DNA of 63,913 bases, filler included, from Piptocephalis cylindrospora (lineage: Eukaryota): the NCBI GenBank assembly GCA_003614145.1. It is 15 parts of 15 records of this genome, joined end to end, with 100 filler letters (N's around TTAATTAATTAA, not from the genome) between each part and the next. Parts side by side here need not be neighbours in the genome. Positions count along the whole stretch, not along the records: positions 47,149 to 51,307 come from KZ988564.1; positions 51,408 to 55,453 come from KZ988565.1; positions 55,554 to 59,690 come from KZ988566.1; positions 59,791 to 63,913 come from KZ988567.1; 11 more parts are not named here. One strand, written 5' to 3'. The notes beneath the pieces are model-generated. The model was given only the letters and a program-made list of their open reading frames with translations. It did not search any database and was not told where the DNA came from. This document shows positions 49,592 through 62,030 of this stretch, in pieces. Position 1 is the stretch's first letter, and every line of letters starts with the position of its first letter. The position numbers were made by a program, and so were the translations under genes.

Positions 49592-49758
49592 GACGCGCGG
49601 CCCCCCCATCGCACCACCAGGCACTGAGAGTGTGCCTTTTCTTGTTGATGGTTCCACCAGTCAATGTGTGCGTCCCCCCACTGTGTAATGACAAGGACGC
49701 GTTTTTTCGCGTTTTGCACTGCGCGTACCGGACCATCTGGCTCTGAGTCCAGACGCGA
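49592..49758. promoter_or_regulatory. Cluster of MCB/E2F-like CGCG elements upstream of MCM4
   Basis: ACGCGT at 49697, TTTCGCG at 49705, CGCGT at 49722, ACGCGA at 49753 and ACGCGC at 49593. Confidence 0.6.
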
Positions 49759-50011
49759 CTTGATGCAACTCACTCGATCAAACTCATAGCTCCTAATAGT
49801 ATACTGATGTCATCCAACCTACCATGCATCGCCAATATACTTTTAGGCAACCTTGAATTGTTTGATGAGAGTCCTACACGTCAAATCCCATTTTTTCCAT
49901 AGTACTAAGATAATAACCCATCAGTATGGGAGGAATACTACATCTCCTATTGCACTTCAATCTTATCAATAAGCCCACTTATGCTATCCTTGAATGCGTA
50001 ATGTAATACTA

Positions 50012-51188
50012 CAGTGTATTGTGAAAATGAGCCGATACTTGTACCGCCATGGACCCTTTTCTTCATCATTCCCCCTCTGGGGAATCATTCTTACTGAAAT
50101 AAAATACACTAGAAGTGCAAGGGCCACACGATCAAGAAGAACTAAAGCGATTGTAAATTAATCCAGAATTAACTGCAGTAATTAAGCAATTATGATCTAA
50201 ACTACACTAGTGCAGATTCGATGCAGGATTCTGCAAATTTCATCTCCAACCATCAATACCCAGCACATTAATCCTTTGCCTTTAAATTCTCTTGCGTCCT
50301 TGAGGACATGCTGTTAATATGATCCAGAGCTACATCCTGTGGGATTTGGGTCTAGAGACCGAGAGGGCCATTCCAGGACTTGGGCCCCATTTGAGGAAAG
50401 CCAACTCTGAGAGCTGGTGGAGGTATGTTTTGAGTCATTATCCTGCTGGAAAATGACATCCTCATCACCAAGGCCCCAGTCATCCAGCGATGATAGATAG
50501 CTTTCTTCCAATACATCACAGTATACGTCCGCATCCATGCTCCCGCCAATTCTATGGAGCCTACCAATTCCATAGACAGAGATACAATCCCAAATCAGCA
50601 CATTACTTCCTCCATGCTTAAATGTAGGCACCATATTCCCGCCATGGAAGGCCTCCCCAGGTCTCCTCCAGCACCACCAGGCGCCATCCGAGCCCATACG
50701 ATTAATCTTGAACTCGTCCGTCCAGATGACGCGCCTCCAGTCCTCCTGCGTCCAACGCTGATGCCTCCTCGCAAAGCGCAAGCGGGCCAGGCGATTTCTA
50801 CCCTTTAGCATTGAAACCTTTCTAGGCCTCCTACCTCTCAATCCTCTCCTTCTAAGGGCACGACGCATTGTCTCAGCGCTAACGCTCTCCCCACGATCGG
50901 CGGAAATCTGCATTGCAACTCTCCTGGCTAATTCCCCACATTTTGTAGTTACATTCCGGACGGCCATCCGTTCTTCTCTTAGATTCAGGAGCCTTTGGAT
51001 GGTCACCTGGGTTAGGTTTTCCCACCATCCCTAGCTCTTTACGCCTCCTCATTACCGTAGATGCTCCTACCTTGGTTGTAGCGGCCACTTGGCGGAGTGA
51101 TTGGCCCTCCTCCAGGAGCATCTTGATGCGCTGAGTTGCTTCCTTTGATATGGCTTTCATGATTAAATGAGATAATGGAGTTTATGGT

Positions 51189-51223
<35 letters not shown>

Positions 51224-51307
51224 CTTTTTTTATTGTCGTATGTTTAGATTCTCCGTCTTTTTTTTTTTTTTTATACGGTTTTTGATATAAAGAAGATGTG
51301 TGTATTT
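50012..51307 (-). mobile_element. Degenerate Tc1/mariner DNA transposon (transposase ~50270-51160; frameshift and internal deletion)
   Basis: HTH N-terminus, WTDEFK, FQQDNDSKH and WPSRSLDPNP; TA|CAGT terminus at 50010-50015; frame break at ~51005. Confidence 0.92.
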
Positions 51308-52325
51308 NNNNNNNNNNNNNNNNNNNNNNNNNNNNNNNNNNNNNNNNNNNNTTAATTAATTAANNNNNNNNNNNNNNNNNNNNNNNNNNNNNNNNNNNNN
51401 NNNNNNNTCCACTCCCCCCTCCTAGCTCAGACACTTCAATCAGCGCTGTATACCCGGACAGTGAGTGAGTGAAAGGTTGTAAATGAGGAAAACAGCGAGT
51501 ATTACCCTATACTATCTGGATCTATCATTTACCTAGATCAAGAGTGGGATACAGTGCTCCACAACTCTTTGTCTAGGCTTAATATGAACCGTAAGAAATT
51601 ATTAAATGCTTATTTTTGACATGAAACCTTTTTAATGCACAAGTATATATTCATATATTACAATGACTTTAAACATACCTCTAGATGGGACGATGGCATG
51701 CCTAGTCGCGTCCCGAGTTATCCCGATTGGACCCTGGAGCCCTCTTGATGGCGAAGGTTTCTTTGGATGACGATGGGCAAGGTGCTTCTAGAGTATCCAA
51801 GTATTTACTCTATTGGGTACACGTCGGGAACATACTCCTGGTACCATGCAGGCCAGCCTTATGGACGGTGATGCGTTTGGATGCCCCCATGCCTATCCCA
51901 TGGGGGAAATAAAAGGGCTTTCTCATCATTAATGATGTTCAACATCACAGAAAAGCACAATCAGCAATTAGCAGCCTAGAATGCAATGCAAGAGATATAT
52001 TATGTATTTACCATTATTTCTCTAAATGCAGATCGACATTCAAGAACTACTAGTCCTCTAAACCTATTTCGCAGTGTAATGATCCCATATCAGGAGAGAC
52101 CCTCAGGTTGGTGTCGGACAAACCCTGTCATGTGGGAAAGCGGAGTCCTCTAAATAGCAGCCTGGGTTGCCCAGCCTAAGCCCGATTCATTTCTTCCCTC
52201 CACATCTCTTCTTCCGCTCTCTTCCAACCCTATACCCCATCACAATTTTGTAACAAACCACTCCATTCCTTCATTCGTCTCTCACCTATACCACCCTCAG
52301 CTTAACATAGCCACATTCTTTATTC

Positions 52326-55300
52326 ATGAGTGTTCTAGATGATCTTCGGTCCCAGGTGCTGGCGACGACGGGGACAGAGGAAAAGGTGGAGGTGAACCAA
52401 CGGCATCTGATTGACAAGATCTTAGCGCGGTATTCTGCCGAATTTACCGTTTTCCGCGAATTGCTACAAAACGCCAACGATGCCGGTAAGAATGGCTCTT
52501 ATATCAATTATCCTTCTTTTGTGTTCTCTCCACAGGGCCCTTACTCTCCTCATCTTTCCCTTTAGATGCGCTTGAGGTGGAGGTGATCTTTCAAGGGATC
52601 AAGCAGGGTGTCCTATTCGGGAAGGACAAATGTCAAACGATTATAGTCCGCAACAACGGACGACCTTTTCGGCAGGAGGATTGGCTGCGACTGCGAAAAA
52701 TTGCCGAGGGTAATCCAGATGAGCAAAAAATTGGCTTTTTCGGCGTGGGGTTCTATAGCCTGTTCTCCATGTGCGAGGAACCCTTTGTCACCTCGGGCGC
52801 CGAATGCATGGCCTTCTACTGGCGTGGAGACCAACTGTTTGCCAAGCGTGCCCCTATTCCCAAAGCCCAGCAGGATCGGGATGTGGATGAGGCCGGTAGG
52901 CCCTGGACCACCTTTCTCATGAACCTTCGCGAACCCATGGATATCCCTGATCGAGAAGAATTTTCCAAGTTCTTGGCCAGTTCTTTAGTAGGATATTATC
53001 TATTTCTCTCTTTATGCTTTCCTAGGCAAATGACTTACCGATCCTCCTTATCTCCCATTCTTCCCCCTGTTTATAGGCATTTACCAAGAAACTTTCTCGA
53101 GTGTCCATGGTGAGGGAGGAAAAAGTAACCTCGGAGGTACGCAAAGTACTTGGACCCTCCCGATTAGTGGATGTTGGACGAATTAAAGGGCTTGTTGCCA
53201 AGACTCCTGAAGGATTTTTTAATTTACAGGCAGTGGAACTACGGGATGTGGAGCTGACTGTGGCTTATGGAAGGACTGCAGGTGCGACAGGGAAGAGGAT
53301 AGGAGAGGGGATGAATGAGACTCAAAATTTGGAAAAGGTCTCTTCTAGCAAAGGAGATGAAGTTTCCTCCTCCCCCACCTCACTCAAATCATCCATGATG
53401 CCCGGGAGCATGGAAGATATACCCCTAGGGACTCCGAGTAACCCTGGACCAGTCAAGCCCCTGGAACGGTTGACGGTAAGGATGGCGACGGGTACTTTCA
53501 ACGTCAAAATCCCCAAACACCAAGTCAGTGAAATGGAGAGGACTACGAAGAAACAGCCCCCCCGCCAAACCACCATTTCCCTCCTGTATCCCACTTGGGG
53601 GCAGGACGACAATTCTCAGGATGGAGCGGGTACAGATGGATTTAAGGAAGGTCCTATGCTGCAGGACGGCTTTCGTGGGGCCCTGTCCTCCCTTTTAGGA
53701 GGAGTCAAAGGTAACTCTATTCTCTCCGCTCTCTCTCCTTATCCATCTTCTGGCCGAATCTACATTGGTTTTCCTACCCATCAGACCACAGGATTTTCCA
53801 GTCATGTGGCTGGACCCTTCATTCCCACCGTAGAGCGAGAATCCGTGGATTTGGTAGATCCCAGTCTACGAACGTGGAATGGCGAGCTCCTCACTGCGTC
53901 TGGTATCTTATCTCGTCTCCTGTACGAACTGGAGCTTCGCGAAATTGGACAGATTCATGATGGTTACTCTACTGCCTCTGGGCCTAGTCAACTTTCCCCG
54001 AGTGTCCGAGAGGGCTTAGAAGCAAGGGCAGCCAAGGCCCTATGCGCTTTTACCTTCTCCCATCCCAGCACGCCTAATGCGGTGATTGGGCGGCGCTTGG
54101 CTGAGACGTTTGACTCTTCCCTCTCTTCTTCTCTCACTCTGCCCCTTTACTCTACCCGAGGTGTTCATCGAGCTGACGGGGTCTTTGTGGCTGATCCTGA
54201 ACTGCGGTCCTTTCTCCATGGCCTTCCCATGCTACCGCACCCCTGGCAGGAGGGCCGCCTGGCAGAGAAGCTAACCCAGAATGGAGGGCTGGCAAAGCGG
54301 TTCTCTCTGCCCACGGCCGGAATATTACAGGTTTTGGCGGAGGTGAGGTCCCGAACTTTGACGGAGGCCGAATGCATCGCATTGCTAAAGTGGTGGTGTG
54401 GGTCGCATCGGCGACGTAAGGAGCAGGCAAGGTCCCGGGAAGCCCAGGGATATAATCCCTCCCCCTTTCCCACATGGGGAGACTGGGGTATGTCCAATCG
54501 TAGAGCCGCGGATGAGGCGAATCCTTCCGATGCCCTTTTCCAGGCCCTAACTGTGCAATTGGACCCCATCCCTGGGAAGGATACGACTAGAGTGCTGAGT
54601 ATGTCGAAAATGGAGCATTACACCGTAGCGGCCCACTTTCCTCCACATCTCCCGGTGCCACCATCAACCTTGCCCCCCAGCATCTCTCGGCACTTTGCTG
54701 GTGGGGATTTGGGAAGACTGACCCATCGGTGGTCTGAACTCCCCATTCTAGACTGGCTGCTTCATGTGAGTGGTCAGATCTCTGATATGAATGGAGGCTC
54801 TGAGAAAGAGACTAGCATCACTCTGGCGAGGGATATGCTGAACATGGTGGGGAAACGCTGGGCGAGTTGGGGGGAAATGGAGAAGCATGGGGTCAAGGCG
54901 ATCCTCCAAGGCAGTGTGTGCATGCCGGCGGAAAAGAAATCTGGATCAAAAGCAGAAGCGGGGACACCCTCTGTCCCTAGTACCACATCCTCGCTTCGTC
55001 TCTATTTGCCAGGGGAAACGTACATTCGGAGGATGCCCCTTTTTCCTGACTTACCCATTGCCTCTCCTGGACGAGGGGTGCATGAGGCCCTCCTTGCTGA
55101 CCTTGGGGTTCGGCAGCACCTGGAACTACAGATGATTTTTGACCAGCAGCATGCCCTAAGCTGGGATCACGTCCAGCTCCTTCGCTTCCTCTCCAGTCTC
55201 CGCAACACTCTGAATCCTCAGGAAATCGCTCGATTGCGTCAAACTCCTTTTTTCCCTAGGCTTAATGGTCCTTCAGAAAATCTGTACATGGCGTGCAAGC

Positions 55301-55453
55301 TGTATGTCCCAGATGAGCATGATGCATCTGGATCTGGCGTAGGAGGAGGGCCCACCTTATCCTCCCTTGGCTTACCCCAGATCAAGTGGCCGACTCATCC
55401 CCGATGGAGGCCTCAGTCAGATGAGGGTAGGTTGTGATTATGGAGGGAGTGGT
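52326..55453 (+). CDS. GHKL/HSP90-like ATPase N-terminal domain protein (sacsin-like, probable DUF3684 family); multi-exon, 3' truncated
   Basis: VFRELLQNANDA, NNGRPF, IGFFGVGFYSLFS and IGFPTHQTTG...FIPTVERESVD. Confidence 0.85.
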
Positions 55454-55678
55454 NNNNNNNNNNNNNNNNNNNNNNNNNNNNNNNNNNNNNNNNNNNNTTA
55501 ATTAATTAANNNNNNNNNNNNNNNNNNNNNNNNNNNNNNNNNNNNNNNNNNNNAAAGTGATAACGAGAAAAAATAATAGATAAACGATTTCAATTAAGTT
55601 ACTGGACGATTTAATCATCCACTCTACTGTTGATGTTGTTATATGACGATAAATCCCTACTTCCTTCTCAACCTGCAT

Positions 55679-56428
55679 CTAAGCTCCATCCCCATCCCCG
55701 CCAGCCTCGACGGTCGAGGATACCACACCTTGCTCAAGGGTGATACGACACCTTTCCATCCGCTCCAGAGATCGCTCAAGGGCCATGTTCACCAGGGCAA
55801 GTCGGTGGTGTAGAGTATCCACCTTACTTACCGCCACTTTGACTGTTGGATTAAAACGAGCTGCGTCCATAAACGATTGGAGTCGCTCACGAGCTTCAGA
55901 AATTTCCGCCTCCAAATCTGACTGTGCCTTCCTAGCCCCATCTGCCTGACCCATCATCTCCGTCATGATCGGACGCAGGAGATTCAATAGGCCATGGGCA
56001 AAATGGGGCGTAGAGGATGGCATATTTCCTGGAGACGATGCAGCGGGCAGAGAGGGTGAGACAGGTCGACTGGCCTCCCTCAGCGATTCAGCCCTCCTCT
56101 GCTCCCCTTCAGCCCGACTGGAGGAGGAGGGTCGGGAAGGGAGGTTTAGGGAGAGTTGTCGGGTCGTGGGCGACGAAGAGGGCGAGGGCGAAGGAGAGGG
56201 CGAGGAGGAAATACGAAGCTGTGCGAGCCTTCTTTGCTGGTCCTGGGTCAGTCGATAAGGCTCCCCCTCCTCTTCTTCCTCCCCCTCCCCTCCTCTCCAT
56301 CCCGGTCCTTGGGAGTTCCTGGAGGCTGGTCGACTCAAAGGTCTTGTCCTCACCCCTAGGCCTCCCCTATCCTCGATCGAGGAGCACCTGGAGTGAAGGG
56401 AGGAAGGTCGGCTGGGAGTAGATGTCAT
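55679..56428 (-). CDS. BLOC-1 subunit Snapin/Snn1-like coiled-coil protein
   Basis: FAHGLLNLLRPI..AQSDLEAEI..KV...RLALVN..L...ERM matches the Snapin pattern; long low-complexity N-terminus. Confidence 0.7.
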   Translation of the reverse strand: MTSTPSRPSSLHSRCSSIEDRGGLGVRTRPLSRPASRNSQGPGWRGGEGEEEEEGEPYRLTQDQQRRLAQLRISSSPSPSPSPSSSPTTRQLSLNLPSRPSSSSRAEGEQRRAESLREASRPVSPSLPAASSPGNMPSSTPHFAHGLLNLLRPIMTEMMGQADGARKAQSDLEAEISEARERLQSFMDAARFNPTVKVAVSKVDTLHHRLALVNMALERSLERMERCRITLEQGVVSSTVEAGGDGDGA

Positions 56429-56859
56429 TGCGGGCTGAAGTGAGGGGAATGAAGAAAAGCAGAGGGCTAGGACCGTGGATGGAGCAGGTTGCCCTCCGAG
56501 TGTAGAAAGCGCACACCCCTCTATTCCCTCGGGGTCATGCGTGTGCACTGGCCCAAGCAACCTGAGAATACTGGCAGGGGAGGGCCGCATACTAAGAGTA
56601 TCGGAGCTTCCACGCTGCGTAAGAGAGTGTGACCCTGGGAATATTTGCATATGGGATGGGCGGAACTTGCTGAAGGACCCTCAAATAGGATCAAGGTTTT
56701 AACCATAGCAAGGGTAAACTGAAAGCAAAATGCATGTATCCGAGATGAGGTATCGCCCATGAAGAGACGACAGAGAAAACTAGTATACATTCCGCAAGTG
56801 GGATAGGCAGGAGTATCTGAATATAGCATCCATCCTAAGTTTAGTATGCGTGGTATCTA

Positions 56860-57672
56860 CAGTCCATCGTGAAAGTACACCAGTATTTATACCATCATGG
56901 ACCCCCTTTTCTTCGTCATTCTTCTTCTGGGGAACCATCCTTAATGAAATAAAATACACTAGACGTGCATGAATCATAAAATCAAGGAGAACTAAAGCGA
57001 TTGTAAATTGATCCATAGCTAATTGCAGGAATTAAGCAACTACGATATAGACTATGTTGGTACACTTTCAATGCAGGATTCTGCAAAGTTCATCGACCAC
57101 CATCAGTACCCAATACATCCATCTTTTGCCTTTAGGAGGATATGAATCCTTGAAGGCATGCTGTTGATAAGATTCAGGACTACATCCTGGAGGATTTGAG
57201 TCTGGAAAACGAGAGGGCCATCCTAGGAATTGGATCCTATTGAGCGCCTCTGGGGTCACTTAAAGAAGCAACTAGCCGTCTACAAGAGGGCCCCTACTAG
57301 TATCAATGCTCTTTGAGTTCGGATGAAGCCAGAAGGGGGTCGGGTTCTCCAGGATGTAGTCCTGAACCTCATCGACAGCATGCCTTCAAGAATGCAAGCG
57401 GTTTTAAAGGCAAAGGATGGACCTATTAGATACTAATAGTGGTCTATGGAATTTGCAGTCCTACATGGAATCTGCGCTAGTGTAGTCTAGATCGCAATTG
57501 CTTAATTCCTGCAATTAGCTATGGATCAATTTACAATCGCTTTAGTTCTCCTTGATTTTATGATTCATGCACTTCTGGTGCACTTTATTTCATCGAAAAC
57601 AACTTCTTCTAAGGACATTAAAGAAAAAGGTTCACGATGATATAAACATTGGGTCACCTTCACGATTCATTG
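56860..57672. mobile_element. Non-autonomous foldback Tc1 derivative with ~330-bp inverted arms, flanked by TA
   Basis: 56860-57190 is the reverse complement of 57347-57672, and both are homologous to 50012-50345. TA at 56858-56859 and 57673-57674. Confidence 0.88.
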
Positions 57673-57862
57673 TATATGAGGGTAGAGGAGCGTCTGCAGG
57701 ATCAATACATGTTGTTGAAACTTTTAAACAATCAATGATAACATAATAACCCCTGGTCTGTATTTCATTTACAAAAGAAAGGTCAATCATCTATTGTTTA
57801 TAGCTTATATAGGCGCCCCAATCGTTCCAACACTGCCTACCCGTATCTGACATATGATTGCA

Positions 57863-59690
57863 TTAGCGATTCAGACGAGACCAGCGCACACGATAAAGTC
57901 TGGCCTTCTCCTGATCCACCTCGGTCCCAAGGCCCTTCTCGTAAGCCTCAGCCAGCTTGGGAAGAGCCTTATCCATCCCCATGCCCCAGGCTCGATGAAG
58001 GAGGCCAAGCACCTCCTTGGGGTTGTCCACATGACGCGCCAATTGATACATGGCCTCGCCATCCTGCAACTCCACCCACTCTCGCAATAAGGTAAGGACC
58101 TTTTCCTTATCTCCCTCTTGATTACGCTCCCGTAAGGCTTGCGCGTAGGCTCGTCGAGCTGGAAGACAATTATACCGTAGAGATTTTTCGAGTAAAACGA
58201 TAGCCTTGGCTAGATCTTCACGCCGGCCCCGATCCAGCAGCTCCTCCGCATACAGACACATCCCCGTCGGTTCCTCCAGATTTGCTGCTCCCTCAAGGTG
58301 CTCCTTGGCCTTGGCGAGGTCCATTGCAACCCATTTACCCTGGGAGTATGCTTCGTACAAGCAGAAATGGGCTTCACCTGAGCCCCGCGCTGAGGCCCCT
58401 TTCCACAGCTCTAGCCCTGCCTCCACATCTTTCTCTATTCCCTCACCCTTGATCATGCACATGCCAAGGGATACTTGGGCCTCGAGATTCCCCAGCATAT
58501 CGTCGCACCACCACTTGTACCAGAAAAAGGTGGCCAGCGTTTGTCGACCACTGGCAATTCCTGGGGCCGAGCAATCCTGAAAGACCTTGACGGCCCACTC
58601 TATATCCTTCTTGCATCCGTATCCTACAAGACGAAGACGTGCTAGAGCCACCCGACACATGTCGTTCCTCTTCTCAAGTCCCTCATAAATTTCCGCAGCC
58701 TGCACCCAGCTTTGATCCACTCCCAAACCCTCCTCGTAGAGACGTCCCTCTAGGAATGCAGCCCTTCCGTAGTTGTGTGTCCGGGCAAAGTTGGATTTCT
58801 CCAGCGTTGCAGCGCCATCTCTCTCCGTGTGGACAGTACGGCTGTGAAGGAAGGCTAGAGCAATATCCCCTAAAATCGTACCATCACCACCACACTCAAG
58901 GAAAATGTTCATTCCCCGTTGCACGTCTTGTTCCTTGCCTTCTCCTGTGATGTAGCAGTAGGCTAGGGATTCTTGGATCCGGATATCCTCTCCCATATCT
59001 ACCATTTCCCATTGATTTACGGCCTCCTCCCGGTCTTGAGGAACCCCAAGGCCCCAGTAGTAAATGCAACCTAGATAATAGCGAAGGTTAGGAACAAGGC
59101 TCTGATACCTCTCTTGCTCGTAAAGTGACTCCATGGCCCATTCGGTCCTTTTGGGTAGATGATGAAGGTCCGGGTGATCTTTTAAAGTCATACAGTATTC
59201 GTAGGCTTTGGCATAATCGGATTGCCGTTCCTCCTCATTGCTTGTATCGTACCGAAGGAGTGAGGTGATCAGGTCATTGCAACATCTAAAATAGCCAGCT
59301 TCCAGACACGCTTCCCCGTTAAGCATCACATTTTTCCGATTATCGTTGTGACGATTAACAATCATCAGACCATAGGAAGCAAGAGTGGAGCCAGCATTGA
59401 TGGCGTCTTGGAAAAGCTCCTCGGCCTTTTCTTGATCCAACTTACACCCATCTCCTACCCAAAGTCTGTAAGCGTATTTGGCCTTGGCTGGGAGAAAACC
59501 AAGCGAGCTTGCCCTACCCAAACACTTGATCCGCAAGTCGGCTGAAGATCTCGAGCTATCCTCCCACCTACTGACAATTCCGTAGTAGGTGAGAGCCTTT
59601 GAGTCATTCTGGATGGCTGCACGAAGGAACCAGAAGCAGTAGAAAGTCCCACTTTCCTCCAGCCCCCTAGCCCCATCCATGTAGGCCTCT
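57863..59690 (-). CDS. Sel1-like repeat protein (probably 5' truncated)
   Basis: Repeated LG..Y..G.GV..D...A units, e.g. YYLGCIYYWGLGVPQDREEA and LAEAYEKGLGTEVDQEKA. Confidence 0.9.
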
Positions 59691-59790
59691 NNNNNNNNNN
59701 NNNNNNNNNNNNNNNNNNNNNNNNNNNNNNNNNNTTAATTAATTAANNNNNNNNNNNNNNNNNNNNNNNNNNNNNNNNNNNNNNNNNNNN

Positions 59791-60846
59791 GCTGTGTAGT
59801 TACGAGGTTAACCTGGAAGAAGGTTACATCTTCATGCTCATGGAACTTGGAGATATTGACCTGGAGGAGGTGCTGGATCAGTGGAAAGGTCAGAAAAAAA
59901 ACATGACCGTTATGCGGATGTACTGGGAGCAGATGCTGTCTGCTGTCCAAATCATCCATGAGGAGAGGATCGTGCATTGCGATCTGAAGCCGGCAAACTT
60001 CCTCCTCGTTCATGGCCACCTCAAATTGATCGACTTTGGGGTCGCTAAACGCATTCCTAGTGGCTCCACCGAGAGCTACAGCCATCACCAGGTTGGGACG
60101 GTAAACTACATGAGTCCCGAATCTCTACGGGACACCAGAGATAACCAAAGTATAGGGAGGGTAGTGCTAAGGATGGGGCTGGCCAGTGACGTCTGGTCCC
60201 TAGGCTGCATCCTTTACCAGATGCTCTACGATCATCCCCCCTTCAGGGAACAGCTTATGAGGTCCAAGATACGCGAAATTATGAGCGAATCCTCTGTCAT
60301 CGACTACCCCAAGTGGCTGGAGTACAGTTCGGACGAGGAGGCCGGAGGGACGCATGCAGGTGAAGAGGAGTATGTGGGGGGAGCAGGCTCATCGGGACCT
60401 GCGAGAGCAAGGGAAAGGTCGAAGGTCCGGGTCAAGGTGGATGTGAATGGTATTGATACTATTCGAGCTTGCCTTCAACATGATCCTAAACGACGCCCTA
60501 CCATCTCTCAGCTCCTCCAGGATCCGCTTCTGCATCCTGGAGAACGCCATATGAATATCTCGGCTATCCGATGGATCCTTCAAAATGCCCGCTCCCTTGG
60601 TCAAGCCCGAACGAGGACAGAAAATCATCCTAGCCGTACAATTGGATCATCCCACTTGGAGAAACCTACGGATCGGGCATTGCAAGATGATGTGAACTGG
60701 AGCGGAGTCGATCCCGAGGAATTGGATCAAATTTCTGAGGTATGCAGCATCTATTGACTATTGTGGGTATTTGGGCAGGGCCGTTCAACAACTCATACTT
60801 CCTTCCTGTACAGACATTACTGGAGAGATGGAATAATAGATCCTAA
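59791..60846 (+). CDS. MPS1: Mps1/TTK dual-specificity kinase (5' truncated)
   Basis: YWEQML, VHCDLKPANFLLV, LIDFGVA, QVGTVNYMSPE and SDVWSLGCILYQM; last intron 60740-60813. Confidence 0.88.
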
Positions 60847-61409
60847 AATCGGGATAGGCAGTTTACATGCTCGTAACCACAATACGTCGCGTAATCTATG
60901 ACTAAAGTGGTACACACAAGTGAAAGACCGGGTCCCATCCTTCCCTGTCCTGCCCTATTTTCTCTGGTTCTTTTATATATATCTCCCGATGAAATTATTA
61001 TTTTTATTATGTTTTCTAGTGTAAGAGTTTAACTATTGATCACGTTTGGTATTTCAGTACCAAGCCACGGGAAGAAACGAGAGGGGACAAAGAGGAAAAG
61101 GGAAAGAAGGATGAAAAGACGGGATAGTCCTAGCATGATTCATCTTCCTGTCCTTTCCTATCTCCTGTGCTCGTTCTCTGAGTCCTCACCCACACGCCTA
61201 CACAAATCCGCACGCTCACACACTCCCTCTCCCATCCTCTATATGAGTTACGAGAAGGTCATCTCATCAGGATGACCCTTTCATCCCTACATTTAGGACG
61301 TAAATGTCGCTTCGAGGAAGCCCAATTAAGAATACTATTATATTATACGCGATTATGATGATGATCCTGGGACAATAACCTATATCTGTGATCCATTGTT
61401 ATTGTTATG

Positions 61410-62030
61410 AGAGAGAAGAGGTATGATTTTATTGTGCTATGAGCCCCTCACAACGTACGTACACACTGAACTTTTCATCAAGGTGCTTTATGGGCGGCTC
61501 AGTCCCTTTCCTTCCGTGGTACCTCTTCTATGTGCCCAAGATGTGATGAAGAAGAGGAAACCATAAGGCATCGATTCCTTGAATGCCCCACTTCCCAGGC
61601 TCTTTGGTCCTATGTGTACCATCATTTGATGGACGGACAAAGAGGTGATGAATGGGAGGATGTGGTCTCATCACTTGATGATCTTCCGGGATCACTAGGT
61701 TTTGAACCTAATCTCCTGGTCATTGGATGCACATTTTGGTGTATTTATCGAGATATTCTACGGATTGTGTCAAATCCATCCGAGACGACGCTCAGGCCTG
61801 ATTTAAAGTACGAATTACGAATGTTGCTTCGGATGCTGGTGAGGGCTAAAAGGAGGACGGTCATTGAAAGAGGAACGATGGAGAAATGGGAGGAGAAATG
61901 GAGGAGGTTACATGAGAAGATAGGAGGGATCGGAATATTCATGGAGAGAGAGAGAAGAGGCATGATTTTATTGTGCTGTGAGCCCCTCACACATACGGGA
62001 CGATTCATGGAGGAGGCGACGATTTTGTAA
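61410..62030 (+). mobile_element. Non-LTR retrotransposon (LINE) ORF2 C-terminal zinc-knuckle fragment
   Basis: CPRCDEEEETIRHRFLECP..W (CxxC..H...C) and a downstream WCIY/KW pattern; no RT domain present. Confidence 0.7.

Noticed and set aside
4232..59790. Regularly spaced TTAATTAATTAA palindromes about every 4.2 kb, superficially array-like
   Set aside because: Each is embedded in N runs; it is a contig-joining linker, not biology. Cross-contig gene clusters were therefore not considered.
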